Assembly (NCBI GenBank): GCA_965203175.1
Contig: OZ241867.1
Span: 6,144,001-6,208,000, forward strand
Direction: 5' to 3'
DNA: 64,000 nt
Source: Candidatus Latescibacterota bacterium
GTDB taxonomy: Bacteria > Latescibacterota > UBA2968 > UBA8231
In this document: positions 1-10,008 of the stretch, piece by piece
Numbering within the stretch: the stretch's first letter is position 1
How the letters are laid out: the number at the start of each line of letters is the position of its first letter
Made by a program: the position numbers and the translations under genes
Notes under the pieces: generated by a model
What the model was told of the DNA's origin: nothing
Databases searched by the model: none
What the model saw: the letters and a program-made list of their open reading frames with translations, nothing else

Positions 1-825
1 ATAGGTAGTGAACTTGTTGGCATAGGTATTCATGTCGCCGTCGACCAAGCCCTCTACGTCGCGGACGACTAGGCCGGTTTTAAAGGACCCACCGCGCTCA
101 AGGACGCCGAGGCTAAAATTGTCACCCACAGCACTCACCTCAACCTCGGCTAGAGCCGCGTCTGCGCTCTGCTCATCAGCGCCAATGCGAATGTATTGGA
201 TGACCCGGAAACGCGCCGCGTCCTCAAACACCACATCTAGGCCGGGGTCTAGGACCCGCGTGATGTCGTTGCGCCCGCTCAGCCCGATGCGGATCTCGGT
301 CTCTTCGTTGGGCAAGGTCGTCTGATAGACCGATTCAAAGCGGAAGACATCCTTGCGGGGATCAATCGTCGCTCCAGTGGCCACATAAACCGTAAACTGT
401 CGCAAGGGACGCGCGCCCTCTTGGTCGGGAAAGCGCAAGCGCAATTCTTGGGCCAGCACCGCCCGCCCGAGATCAATCTCGACTTCCCACTTGGCCAGCG
501 GATCGGCCGGGTCGGGCTGCCAGAAGGTGTTATAATCGCCGTCGATAATATTGGCGGCGTCACTTAGGTTGGACCCAGCCCGGAAGATGCCGCCCTGCAC
601 GGCTTTTTGCTCCATCGTATCGTGGAAAAAGTCACCCGCATTGCGCGCTGGGTCGATGTCCTTGCGGAACTTGATCAACTCTAGGTGCCCAGACGGGCCG
701 AGCTGCACCAGACCCTGCGGCAGTTGCCAAGTCTGCCACTTCTCGGCGCTGTCAAAGGTAAACACCTCGGCTGCGAGGGGGCGAGCTAACAGGCTGAGGC
801 TCGCACACAAGAAAAATATCTTCAT
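1..825 (-). CDS. Secreted discoidin/F5-8-like domain protein, paralog class of the neighbouring FlgD-type proteins; partial, runs off the window
   Basis: Not in the ORF track because it has no stop in the window. ATG at 825 with AAGGA RBS. Translates MKIFFLCASLSLLARPLAAEVFTFDSAEKWQTW...NIIDGDYNTFWQP...WEVEIDLGRAV..., i.e. a signal peptide plus the discoidin-like DG-x-x-T-x-W / IDLG motifs. Open to position 1. Confidence 0.8.
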   Translation of the reverse strand, partial: MKIFFLCASLSLLARPLAAEVFTFDSAEKWQTWQLPQGLVQLGPSGHLELIKFRKDIDPARNAGDFFHDTMEQKAVQGGIFRAGSNLSDAANIIDGDYNTFWQPDPADPLAKWEVEIDLGRAVLAQELRLRFPDQEGARPLRQFTVYVATGATIDPRKDVFRFESVYQTTLPNEETEIRIGLSGRNDITRVLDPGLDVVFEDAARFRVIQYIRIGADEQSADAALAEVEVSAVGDNFSLGVLERGGSFKTGLVVRDVEGLVDGDMNTYANKFTTY

Positions 826-836
826 GCGTTGCTTCC

Positions 837-2831
837 TTAATAGGCCAAGCCAACGGGCAGGAGCACGCGCCCGCGCTGGGACTCGGTCACCAGCGCCAGC
901 TCCAATAAGTACAAGCCCGGCGGCAAGAGCGCGCCCTGTTCGTCGCGGCCATCCCAAAAGGCCTGCTGCGGACCAGTGCCCTGTGCGCCGATTTCTACGT
1001 GAGCGCGGCGGTTGCCCGCCAAGTCGTACACATCGAGTACCACCGGCACGGGCTCGGGTAGTAGGAAGAGCGCGTACTCTATAGCTAAGCGGTCGTTGAC
1101 CCCATCGCCGTTGGGCGTGATGACCCCGCTCGACAAGTGCACGCGCCGGACGATCTCCGAGGCCGTGTCTGCAGCCCCTATCACCCGCAGGCTATTGGTG
1201 GAAACGGCGACACTAGCGTCGCCCGGCTCAATCGGCTGCGGCAGGCGGTTCTCGTCCTCGGTCAACACCTCGCCAGTAAAGGTCGTCGCGCGTGTAAAGA
1301 CTTCCGCGGCAAAGACCACCCGCAGCGGATCGTTGGACTCGGCAGTCACTTTGCGCGGCAGGAGCACCTCTAAGCTCGCGTCGCCTTCGACCACGGTGAG
1401 CGGATCAACCACGGCGAGCGGATCGCCCATTTCCAAGCGCGCAAACTCAGGTGCAATGCCCGTTTGGATCCGCACCCGGTCAAAGCCCCCTTCAACGGCG
1501 CTGGCAAACGAGGCTCGCACGTCGTACACAAACATCTCCCGCGCCCCCAACTCGACTTGAACAAAACCCGGAGCGGGCTGCATGTCGGCTGCGCGCGCGA
1601 CTTCGCCCACGATCTGATCGGCCAGCGGCGGCGAGGTCTCAATCCACAGCGAGTCGAGCTCCACCCAGTCACCAAAAGCCCGGCTTTGCAGGGTGATTTG
1701 GAGTTGCAAATGCGAACCATTGCGCAAGTCGAGCCAAGTGCCAGATTCTGTAATGGGACTGGACCAAAAAGACCAATTCTCGCTGTCGTAGCCAATGGAC
1801 GCGCGGATGCCAGGCTGGCGGTCGATTTGCAAGATTCCCTCGGTTTCGGGCAGGCGTAGGTCGTTTTCGTAGCGCTCGCGCGTCACCACAAATTCCTTGC
1901 CCGAATCCGTGTATTCTCGGTAGACGTTGGGATCGCCATCGCGACCGGTCCGCACCTCCACCTCCACCCACGCCTCGGCGTCTGACACGACCACGGTCTC
2001 TTCGCCGACCATCCGCATGGTGCGCGCTGCCCACGCCAAGCGGCCAAAGTTCACTTCGTCCCCCAAGTCGAGGATTTTGCTGCGGTAGATCGCCCGCTTG
2101 GGCACGCCGCGGCCGGTGAGCACAAATTCGGCAATGGTGCCGCGCACTGTGTTGCTGTCGGTGGTGCGCTGCTCGTCGAGCGCGGACGCTTTGCGCTGGT
2201 AGCGCACAAAGCGCACGTATTGCTGGGGAAAATCGATCCCGACCTCTGGGTCGAAGTTGACCGGCACATCGGCGATGAGGGTGTTCAAGCGGCGATAGCC
2301 CTTTTGCGCGAGGACATCGCTCGTCTCAGCGGCAATGCTCACCTCAAAGGCCGGCACCGGATCTTGGTTGAGCGGCACGCCGTCGGAGCGGATCCCCTCG
2401 GTCGGCGTGGCAAATCCAAAGCGCATGGCCGGCACGGGCACGCCGATGTCGATGGTCCACCAGCCGTCGCGGGCGGTGTTGTACGTGCTCCGCAGCCCAT
2501 CTACATAGAGCGGGCTGTCGAAGTACGAAGTCCGGTTGACATTGGTACCGTCCATGTACCACAGCCGCGGCTGATGTCCGTCGATATATCCCAACTCGCG
2601 CGGGACGATCAGCTCGGACCAACCCGCTACCGCCAAGAACATGTTGTCGCCGTCGGCAAAATACACAGGGCGGATGCGCTCGGCGTTGATATCCATGATG
2701 ATCCGCGTGGTGTCGCTTCCGTCCCACGCCAGCCCGGCCCCGCCGATTTGCCACAGCGATATTTGCGCTTCCGCCGAGGAGCACAGCGCAATCGCGATCA
2801 GTGCAATTCTATACATCGGTGCGCGTGCCAT
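837..2831 (-). CDS. Secreted protein with C-terminal FlgD-Ig / gliding-motility-associated (type B-like) CTD
   Basis: ORF track 837..2855; GGAGG RBS favours ATG 2831. Signal peptide ends AEA-Q. C-terminus ITPNGDGVND...YDLAG...WDGRDEQGALLPPGLY...GLAY. Confidence 0.8.
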   Translation of the reverse strand: MARAPMYRIALIAIALCSSAEAQISLWQIGGAGLAWDGSDTTRIIMDINAERIRPVYFADGDNMFLAVAGWSELIVPRELGYIDGHQPRLWYMDGTNVNRTSYFDSPLYVDGLRSTYNTARDGWWTIDIGVPVPAMRFGFATPTEGIRSDGVPLNQDPVPAFEVSIAAETSDVLAQKGYRRLNTLIADVPVNFDPEVGIDFPQQYVRFVRYQRKASALDEQRTTDSNTVRGTIAEFVLTGRGVPKRAIYRSKILDLGDEVNFGRLAWAARTMRMVGEETVVVSDAEAWVEVEVRTGRDGDPNVYREYTDSGKEFVVTRERYENDLRLPETEGILQIDRQPGIRASIGYDSENWSFWSSPITESGTWLDLRNGSHLQLQITLQSRAFGDWVELDSLWIETSPPLADQIVGEVARAADMQPAPGFVQVELGAREMFVYDVRASFASAVEGGFDRVRIQTGIAPEFARLEMGDPLAVVDPLTVVEGDASLEVLLPRKVTAESNDPLRVVFAAEVFTRATTFTGEVLTEDENRLPQPIEPGDASVAVSTNSLRVIGAADTASEIVRRVHLSSGVITPNGDGVNDRLAIEYALFLLPEPVPVVLDVYDLAGNRRAHVEIGAQGTGPQQAFWDGRDEQGALLPPGLYLLELALVTESQRGRVLLPVGLAY

Positions 2832-2957
2832 CACGCCCTCCAGGTTGAACGGCACTCAATATTATAATGCAATGCGCAACGGCAAGCTATTGACGCGAGC
2901 GCGTCCTGCTCCCTTTATATGCCAACCTATCCAACCCCAAACAAGGAGCTTTTCCAC

Positions 2958-3683
2958 ATGGGCAAATCAGGGTACGACGATACCCCCATCCTACCCAACT
3001 CTCCCTATTGCGTCCACGATCACCGGCGGCCCGCCCCGGCAGTGGTAACGCCCGGCAGCGACAACAGCCCCCCCTCCGACGCGCTCGTCCTCTTCGACGG
3101 GACCAGCCTCGACGGCTGGCAGAGCACCAACGGCGGCGACGCCCCTTGGCAAGTGGCCGACGGCTACATGGAGGTCGCGCCCCGTACCGGCGACATCGTG
3201 AGCACGGCGCGCTTTGGCGACGTCCAGTACCATCTCGAATTCGCCTGTCCCAGCGAGGTCAAAGGCGAAAGCCAAGGGCGCGGCAACAGCGGCGTTTTCC
3301 TCATGAGCCTCTACGAGATCCAAGTCCTCGACGGGTACGACAACCCCACGTATGCCGACGGCACCACGGCCGCGCTCTATGGCGAGTACCCGCCGCTGGT
3401 CAACGCCTGTCGTCCGCCCGGCGAATGGCAGACCTACGACATCTTCTGGACAGCCCCGCGCTTCAACGATGCCGAACTGGTCAGCCCGGCCTATCTGACC
3501 CTGGTGCACAACGGCGTCTTGGTCCACCACCACGTCGAGGTCTTAGGCCCCACCGGCCATCGCGGCGTCTATCGCTATGAAGCGCATCCCCCCACCGGGC
3601 CGCTCCGCCTGCAAGACCACGGCGACCTAGTGCGCTATCGCAATATCTGGGCGCGGCCAGTAAAGGGATACGACGAAGGCTGA
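2958..3683 (+). CDS. DUF1080 family (3-keto-disaccharide hydrolase-like) protein
   Basis: AAGGAG RBS before ATG 2958. Motifs PPSDALVLFDG, GNSGVFL, YEIQVLDG, GEWQTYDI, LQDHGD-x-VRYRNIW. Confidence 0.9.
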   Translation: MGKSGYDDTPILPNSPYCVHDHRRPAPAVVTPGSDNSPPSDALVLFDGTSLDGWQSTNGGDAPWQVADGYMEVAPRTGDIVSTARFGDVQYHLEFACPSEVKGESQGRGNSGVFLMSLYEIQVLDGYDNPTYADGTTAALYGEYPPLVNACRPPGEWQTYDIFWTAPRFNDAELVSPAYLTLVHNGVLVHHHVEVLGPTGHRGVYRYEAHPPTGPLRLQDHGDLVRYRNIWARPVKGYDEG

Positions 3684-3689
3684 GAGAGT

Positions 3690-5675
3690 TTATACCCAGT
3701 AAATGGAATTGCCGGTCATGCCCGTAAAGTAGTCGATAACCAGCCACATCCCTGCCACGGAAAATTGGCCGAGAATCAATCCCAAAAAGAAAGGACAAGC
3801 CAGCCGAAAATAGGTCGGGCCTCCGTACTTGAGAATGATGGCTTTAATTAGCCAAGCCAAAAAGACACTAAAAGAAATGTAGTTAGTCAGGTAGGTACTC
3901 GCGCTGACGGCATACCCGAGCGGGTGCAGGGGCCACCAGAACAGGTGGTGACGCGCAATCATCAGCAGAGCCATGACCCCACCACCGGCTAGGGTCGATA
4001 TCCAGCCTACCAGATCGGGGCCGTCTAGCGTGTGGAGTTCGCGCGCCACAAATTTGAAGGGCACTTGAGGGCCGCTGATGAAAAACCAAGGCTCTAGATT
4101 AACGCCGCCGTAGGTATAGCTCAGATAGAGTACGACCCAGATCGAAGCCCCCAGACTAATACAGATAGCCAGCATAATGGCGGCAAAAAGTGCCCGTTTG
4201 CTCCCGCGCAAATACTCCTCGGCCAATTTGAGGCCATTGGCACAGGACGCCAAGACAAAGGTGCGGATGTCAGCGGCCCAAACATACGTGAAACTCAGTG
4301 CCGTAAGGGTCTGGCCTCCGAGCACTGCAGAGCCCAGACCCGAGGTGACAAAATCCGAGGCGATTAGCGGTGCCCGAGTGGCGGCAATACCGCCTTCGGC
4401 CACGACCCGGGTAATGCCGACAAACAGCGTGAACATGGCAAATAAATAGATGGGCACCACCCACCACGCCAGACCCGCTAGTCCCAACCAGATCCCAATA
4501 AAAAGGCTCGTGGCTATAAGGCCGAAAACAGCGGTCCGGTAGGAGAGTATCTCGTCCGAATCATCGACATCTGGGAGTCCCCTAAACGCCTTGCGGCAAA
4601 CCCGCACCAGATGCCGACGGGCCATCCACAGACTGAAAAATACCAGCACGATCATGGCACCCATGCCCTGGTGGGCGAAGATGGGGAAGGTGGCGAAATT
4701 GAGCTTTTCTGTGCTCGCCACACCCAGAACGCCAAGGGTGCCTTCCTGGACGCGGCCGACTAGGTTAAAAAACCAGACGCTAAAAGCGATATCGAGATTG
4801 ACCAGAAAGGCAAAACCCACCATGGGGAAGCTCAGGGCAATCTGCAGGTTGGTGGTATTGCGGAAAAGCGGGATGCTGGTGACCAGAACGATATCGGGAA
4901 CAAAGTCGTAGTAATTGTGCAGGGCGCGGATGGAGCCGATGACAAAGGGAATGGCAAAGCCCGCCCACATAATCGGATTCTTAAAAAAGGGACTGAGTCT
5001 GTCCGCTGGCTTGCCCTCGGCAATCATGGCGATGGGCACCTGAATGAGCGGAAAGTTCAGGCGTTCGTCCTGGATCCAAGGGCGTCGCAAGATGACTGCA
5101 ATGCAAATCATGGCCACGTACACGCACAGAATGAGAGGCATCCAAGCCAATAGGGGCACCAACCAAGCGGACCACGGTATGGGCATCCCCTGGGGCAGAC
5201 CTTCGTAGAAATACCGGGCCGCATCGTAGTCTTGCGGTACGAGCCAAGAACGAACAAAAGGATGAATCAGCGCCGCCCACTCGTTTTCCGGCGTGGCGTA
5301 GTAGAGCACGCCGCTAGTGATGGGCAGGAGGTATTCGGTGAGCCCCATACTGGGGATGGCGCAGCCCACGATGGCCATGATATAGACGACCACCAGTTCC
5401 TGACGCCGCAGGCCCAAGCGGGGATGCAGGGCCTTGAGCCCGGTTTGAATAAAAAACACAAAGAGAAAAAACAAAAAAATAGCGCCAGCCGTACTGAAAT
5501 CGAGGGCAAAGTTCGAGCCGCGCAAGATCATGTTGCTGTAGGGCGCTATAGTGCTGATGCCCAAGGTCATCAAAGACCCAACCAGCAGGGAGCGCCCCGT
5601 AACACCCGCTGCGGAAGCCGCGCCCTGATTTTCTTTTTTATACCTTGCATCCGATAACTCTGATACTTGCGCCAA
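3690..5675 (-). CDS. DUF6785/DUF6784 family multi-pass membrane protein (putative transporter)
   Basis: 661 aa, many TM segments. Motifs ELVVVY, YYATPENEW, W-x-x-x-ERLNFPL, WWPLHPLGY, KYGG, PFFLGLILG. Confidence 0.8.
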   Translation of the reverse strand: MAQVSELSDARYKKENQGAASAAGVTGRSLLVGSLMTLGISTIAPYSNMILRGSNFALDFSTAGAIFLFFLFVFFIQTGLKALHPRLGLRRQELVVVYIMAIVGCAIPSMGLTEYLLPITSGVLYYATPENEWAALIHPFVRSWLVPQDYDAARYFYEGLPQGMPIPWSAWLVPLLAWMPLILCVYVAMICIAVILRRPWIQDERLNFPLIQVPIAMIAEGKPADRLSPFFKNPIMWAGFAIPFVIGSIRALHNYYDFVPDIVLVTSIPLFRNTTNLQIALSFPMVGFAFLVNLDIAFSVWFFNLVGRVQEGTLGVLGVASTEKLNFATFPIFAHQGMGAMIVLVFFSLWMARRHLVRVCRKAFRGLPDVDDSDEILSYRTAVFGLIATSLFIGIWLGLAGLAWWVVPIYLFAMFTLFVGITRVVAEGGIAATRAPLIASDFVTSGLGSAVLGGQTLTALSFTYVWAADIRTFVLASCANGLKLAEEYLRGSKRALFAAIMLAICISLGASIWVVLYLSYTYGGVNLEPWFFISGPQVPFKFVARELHTLDGPDLVGWISTLAGGGVMALLMIARHHLFWWPLHPLGYAVSASTYLTNYISFSVFLAWLIKAIILKYGGPTYFRLACPFFLGLILGQFSVAGMWLVIDYFTGMTGNSIYWV

Positions 5676-5786
5676 GGATGGAGCGGAGGCGCAATCTATC
5701 GAAAAACCTCTTGTGCTGTCAGGCCGTATATACTATAGATGCTTCTCTGCATTTGCCAGTAAGCTCCATTGACGAAAGGAAGTGCA

Positions 5787-7871
5787 ATGACAGTCTCTGC
5801 TGCCCTCAAAGAGCAACGCGTTACTACTTTTACTAAAGTCGAGGAGATCTACGCCAGCGCCGCCAATACGACGGATCTGTGGATGGGCCGACAGGACGAA
5901 GGCATCCGCCTGTTTCGCGGCCAAGTGGTCGAGAACGACGCGCCCGGCTCGGGCCGTTCAGACCAGGAAGGCATCGAGCCTTTTGTCGAGCTGAGCGGCC
6001 AGACGGTGTTCCGCAAAATCCTGCATTTGGATAATCCGGCTGTACTTGGAACCCAGTTGGCATTTATCGCCAAGGAATGCCAAGACAATCAATCCACCCT
6101 CCAGTTCACAATAAACGGACACCCGGTCCTGCGTCCCTCCTCGCGCCAAGCCGCCCCCCGTGCCAACCAGTATTGGGAGTTGATAGTCGGGGAATGGAGT
6201 TGGAGCCGCTGGTACTACGTGGATATCCCGCCAGAGACACTACAGCTAGGCGACAATGTGATTGAAGTGGCCGCCGTGGACGGCTTAGCTGGCTGGCAGC
6301 TAATGGTGGCGGACTATCGCGATTTTTACAAGGGCATGGACGATCCAGTAACGCTCCCCTACGCCAGCCGCTATAGTACCGACGGCGGCCAAACCTGGGA
6401 AGCAGAACGCGGGGAATACGTACTGCGCCTGGTCCTCGACCGCTTTCGCCGCAACGGCGAGTTGGTCTCTAAAGTAATCGACGCGGCTGGCGAGTCGGAC
6501 GACGCGGTTAAAAGCGAGCGCAACCTGCAGCGCATAACCCTAGACTGGGAAGCGGATATCCCCGAGGGCACTCGGCTCGATTGGGCTTTGCGAACCGGCT
6601 CTCGTCCTGTCTGGGATGCAGACCACTGGAGCGACTGGCAGGCCTATGACGGACAACCAGCAACAGTCAGAGGCCGTTACATCCAGTGGAAAGTCGATTT
6701 TTCAACTGCGGACGGGTTGCAATCCCCTGTGCTCAAAAGCGTCCAGATCAACGCCGACTTCCAACAAGGGGAACAGTTTACAGGCCGCTTAGTCAGCGCT
6801 AAGAACGCCCAGATCCTACGGCCGTCCATCCCCATGCCGTATGAGGACTATCGCGCCCAGATACTGCGGGATTTGCGCCAACAATGCGAACTGGACGCGG
6901 TAGTGGCCGGAGCACAGACCGAATTCGCTAAAATCGCGCGGCTGCACCGCTGGGCGTATCACATCCCCCTGAGCGACTGCAGCCATTTCCCGTGGGATCC
7001 GCTCGCCTGGGTTTGCCTTGAACGGGACGAGAACGGTGCCATTCGGATGAACCAGTACGAACAGCGGCGGCGCGACCACATGTGCCTTTATCCCAATGTG
7101 GTCTTAGTAGCTGCCTGTTTGAGTATGGGCATCCCCGCTCGCCACCTCAATTTCCACAGCGAGGGGATGACCGGCCACGAAATCGCCGAGGTCTGGTCCA
7201 ATGACTACGGCAAGTGGATGCACCTAGACGCCACCCGCGATTACTACTGGTACGATCCCAAAACCCTAGTGCCGCTGGACACCCAAGAAATCCACCAAGT
7301 GCTGGCCGAGCGGCTAGAGCGTCCCGAACGTTGGGATCGCCCTTACCTTTTTCACCAAGACTTGGAGGCCGTGGTAAAAGACCTGCCCATCGCCTTCTAC
7401 GATGGGGACTACGAGCATTCCACCGAGGAGGGTTCACTCTTTTTGTTCCGCTCGTTTTGCCACTTCCGCATCGTGCCGCGCTTTGACGTGTTCAGCCGGC
7501 CCCGCCCCCTGCCGGTGAGCCAAGGTACCGAAGTGTGGTCGTGGAACGGCTACCTCAACTGGGCCGACGACCAAGTCCCGCCGCTACCCCACTTTACCCG
7601 GCACGCGAATCGACGGGCGGATTTCTACCCGACGCTCAATCAAACGCAGTATGTCGCCGAGGCCGTTGGCGAACGCCAGCTACGCATTCATCTAGAGACG
7701 GAAACTCCTAGTTTTCTGACCTTCCAAGTACAGATCGATGGACAGTCATGGCAGGAGTGTCCGGCCCAGATCGACTGGTCATTGCACGAAGGACTGAACG
7801 TGCTGGAGATGCGCGCCTTGAACAACATGGGAATACCGGGCGTGGTCAGCGCGTTGAACGTCGAGGTATGA
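5787..7871 (+). CDS. Transglutaminase-like domain protein
   Basis: Cys-His-Asp triad context HMCLYPN...GIPARH...GHEIAEVWSNDYGKWMHLDAT. AAAGGA RBS before ATG 5787. Confidence 0.8.
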   Translation: MTVSAALKEQRVTTFTKVEEIYASAANTTDLWMGRQDEGIRLFRGQVVENDAPGSGRSDQEGIEPFVELSGQTVFRKILHLDNPAVLGTQLAFIAKECQDNQSTLQFTINGHPVLRPSSRQAAPRANQYWELIVGEWSWSRWYYVDIPPETLQLGDNVIEVAAVDGLAGWQLMVADYRDFYKGMDDPVTLPYASRYSTDGGQTWEAERGEYVLRLVLDRFRRNGELVSKVIDAAGESDDAVKSERNLQRITLDWEADIPEGTRLDWALRTGSRPVWDADHWSDWQAYDGQPATVRGRYIQWKVDFSTADGLQSPVLKSVQINADFQQGEQFTGRLVSAKNAQILRPSIPMPYEDYRAQILRDLRQQCELDAVVAGAQTEFAKIARLHRWAYHIPLSDCSHFPWDPLAWVCLERDENGAIRMNQYEQRRRDHMCLYPNVVLVAACLSMGIPARHLNFHSEGMTGHEIAEVWSNDYGKWMHLDATRDYYWYDPKTLVPLDTQEIHQVLAERLERPERWDRPYLFHQDLEAVVKDLPIAFYDGDYEHSTEEGSLFLFRSFCHFRIVPRFDVFSRPRPLPVSQGTEVWSWNGYLNWADDQVPPLPHFTRHANRRADFYPTLNQTQYVAEAVGERQLRIHLETETPSFLTFQVQIDGQSWQECPAQIDWSLHEGLNVLEMRALNNMGIPGVVSALNVEV

Positions 7872-7892
7872 ACAAATAACCGCAAAAAATTA

Positions 7893-7921
7893 TTGATAAA
7901 TAAAAAAAATCAACTTATCAT
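7893..7921 (+). promoter_or_regulatory. Sigma70-type promoter for the 8039 gene/operon
   Basis: TTGATA (7893-7898), 17-nt spacer, TATCAT (7916-7921) in an AT-rich intergenic stretch. Confidence 0.65.
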
Positions 7922-8038
7922 AGGCAGCCCAACCGGAACCAATCCAGTTTTAGGAAAGGAGGCTTAAGGCATTGAATTTCGCTTTCTAACTATCTTTCTA
8001 ATGAACAATCGCGTTTTAAACTAAACGAAGGAGAAGCA

Positions 8039-9940
8039 ATGAGATTCTTGAAAAGTATTACTATCGGGGCTGCATCCCTGCTGCTTGCGGCAGGAACGGC
8101 CAGCGCCCAGTTCGTCCATGCTGGTAACCCCGATGTTACTAGCCTCGCCGATATGACCAGCGGCGGCAGTCCTACGGTCCTAGAGATTGAAGGCTTGGCG
8201 GATGTATCCAACTACGCGTTCGATGGTTCAGACCTAGAAATCCCTTTTACCCTTTCGGGTAGCGGCGCCACGGTCTGGCTGATCATCTATCATGCTGACG
8301 CGAGTCCTCCCTTGACCATTACCGGCGAAGGGCCAGCGCCCTATAACGATCCCGAACATCCCGATCCGGGCTGGCACGTGTACGAAGGGGTCAATCCCTT
8401 GGTGTTCAAGTCCAACGGCGAGCGCTTTGAAGAAGGCGACAACGCCATCGTTTGGAACGGCCACGACAACGACGGCAATGTGGTGCCCGCAGGAAGCTAC
8501 AAGCTGTTCCTAGCCGCCTTTGACGACGAAGCCGCACCCCATCTGGTGGCCGGTGCCGTCTTCCGCAAACTGGGGACTCCGGGTCGCTTCATCATCGACA
8601 CGGCCAACAACCGCGTCTTCGACCATACTCGCAACAACAATATGAACAACGACTGGATCGAGAACCTTGAGGGATTCGATCTGATTGACCACACTGCCAT
8701 CATTGATGCGGGCGGTGGCACGCCGCTATCCGGCGTGCCGCTCAACAGCGATATGACCGAGTTCATCGGTATCGGCCAGTCCAACCGCCTCATGCGCTGG
8801 ACCGTGGACTGGGATTCCAATCGCCTCGCTCCGGAGGAGGACTGGGGCATTGATAACGACGCCGAGAACGGCATTATCAACATTGAGGAACTGCCCGGCA
8901 GCCCAGGGCAGCGCACCCTCATCACCAATCCCGACAAGACCGTCGCCTATGTCACCGCCGGCGTGACCGGCACGGTGGCCCAAATCGTCTCCTACGACGT
9001 CGAGACCGGTGCCAAGCTAGACACTTGGGACGTGACCGACCTGTTTATCTACGATAATGCAGGCTCCGACCGCGTCGGTGGGCCGATGGAAACGGCCGCC
9101 TTTTACAATGGCGAGCCCCCTCCCGAAGGCATCACCACTACCTCCCACCACACTTCGTGCATCGTGCGCCACAGCTACAATGGCGATCTGATGTGGATGA
9201 ACCGCAACGGCGACGGCTTTGGCGATACCCGCGCCTTCAATTCGGATGACGGCACGTTTGGCGACCTGCTCTACGGCCATACCGAAGCGCCCAACTTCAA
9301 GTACTCGATTTTCGCCAACAAATGGGGCTGGGTCTCGGTCTGTGAAAACGGCTTGGATAACACCAGTTTCGGGGCCATGCTCGGTGAAGACGGCTCCGGC
9401 CTGTTCAAGTTTGAGCCCAAGGAGGCACCGCTGACTTGGTCGCAGCATGTGGCCGTGGTCGACGAGGGCGACGACTGGGACGGCGTGTACATGATTATCG
9501 GCGGTTTCGGCGATGCCTTGGCTTCCAACGAATGGGTGTCCGAGGATGTCGGCGTAGTGCCGCCCACCCATCCAGTGGCCCAGTTCCCTTATGATCAGAA
9601 GCAGGTGACTTTGGGCTCGGCTGGCACTGCGATTGCAGAGGTGGAAGGTGCTGCTACGCCCAACACTCCTGCTCTGGGTGATGCGTATCCCAATCCCTTC
9701 AACCCCGAAACCACGATTCGCTTCGACCTGCCCTGGCAAGCGCCGATCCAGATCAAGATTTACAACCAGACTGGCCAGTTGGTGCGCGTGTTGGCCAATC
9801 AGGTTATGGGTCCGGGCAAATTCACTGTCACGTGGGACGGCAGGGATGACAGCGGTGCAGAAGTATCCACTGGAGTGTACCTCTACCGGATTGAAGCACC
9901 CAATCTGCAGTTGAGTAAAAAGGTCACATTCCTCAAATAA
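8039..9940 (+). CDS. Secreted protein with internal FlgD-like domain and C-terminal T9SS type A-like / FlgD-Ig sorting domain
   Basis: Signal peptide ends ASA-Q. Internal WNGHDNDGNVVPAGSY. C-terminal AYPNPFNPETTIRF...IYNQTGQLVR...WDGRDDSG...GVYLYRI...KKVTFLK. Confidence 0.85.
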   Translation: MRFLKSITIGAASLLLAAGTASAQFVHAGNPDVTSLADMTSGGSPTVLEIEGLADVSNYAFDGSDLEIPFTLSGSGATVWLIIYHADASPPLTITGEGPAPYNDPEHPDPGWHVYEGVNPLVFKSNGERFEEGDNAIVWNGHDNDGNVVPAGSYKLFLAAFDDEAAPHLVAGAVFRKLGTPGRFIIDTANNRVFDHTRNNNMNNDWIENLEGFDLIDHTAIIDAGGGTPLSGVPLNSDMTEFIGIGQSNRLMRWTVDWDSNRLAPEEDWGIDNDAENGIINIEELPGSPGQRTLITNPDKTVAYVTAGVTGTVAQIVSYDVETGAKLDTWDVTDLFIYDNAGSDRVGGPMETAAFYNGEPPPEGITTTSHHTSCIVRHSYNGDLMWMNRNGDGFGDTRAFNSDDGTFGDLLYGHTEAPNFKYSIFANKWGWVSVCENGLDNTSFGAMLGEDGSGLFKFEPKEAPLTWSQHVAVVDEGDDWDGVYMIIGGFGDALASNEWVSEDVGVVPPTHPVAQFPYDQKQVTLGSAGTAIAEVEGAATPNTPALGDAYPNPFNPETTIRFDLPWQAPIQIKIYNQTGQLVRVLANQVMGPGKFTVTWDGRDDSGAEVSTGVYLYRIEAPNLQLSKKVTFLK

Positions 9941-9954
9941 AGTGACTGACTTAG

Positions 9955-9994
9955 TAAGTGCTGCCGGCTGGTACGCCGGCAGCACTTATTTTAT
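9955..9994 (+). terminator. Rho-independent terminator
   Basis: Perfect 14-bp stem TAAGTGCTGCCGGC / GCCGGCAGCACTTA with a 6-nt loop, followed by TTTTAT, 15 nt after the 9940 stop. Confidence 0.85.
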
Positions 9995-10008
9995 GCAGGT
10001 AAACAACG

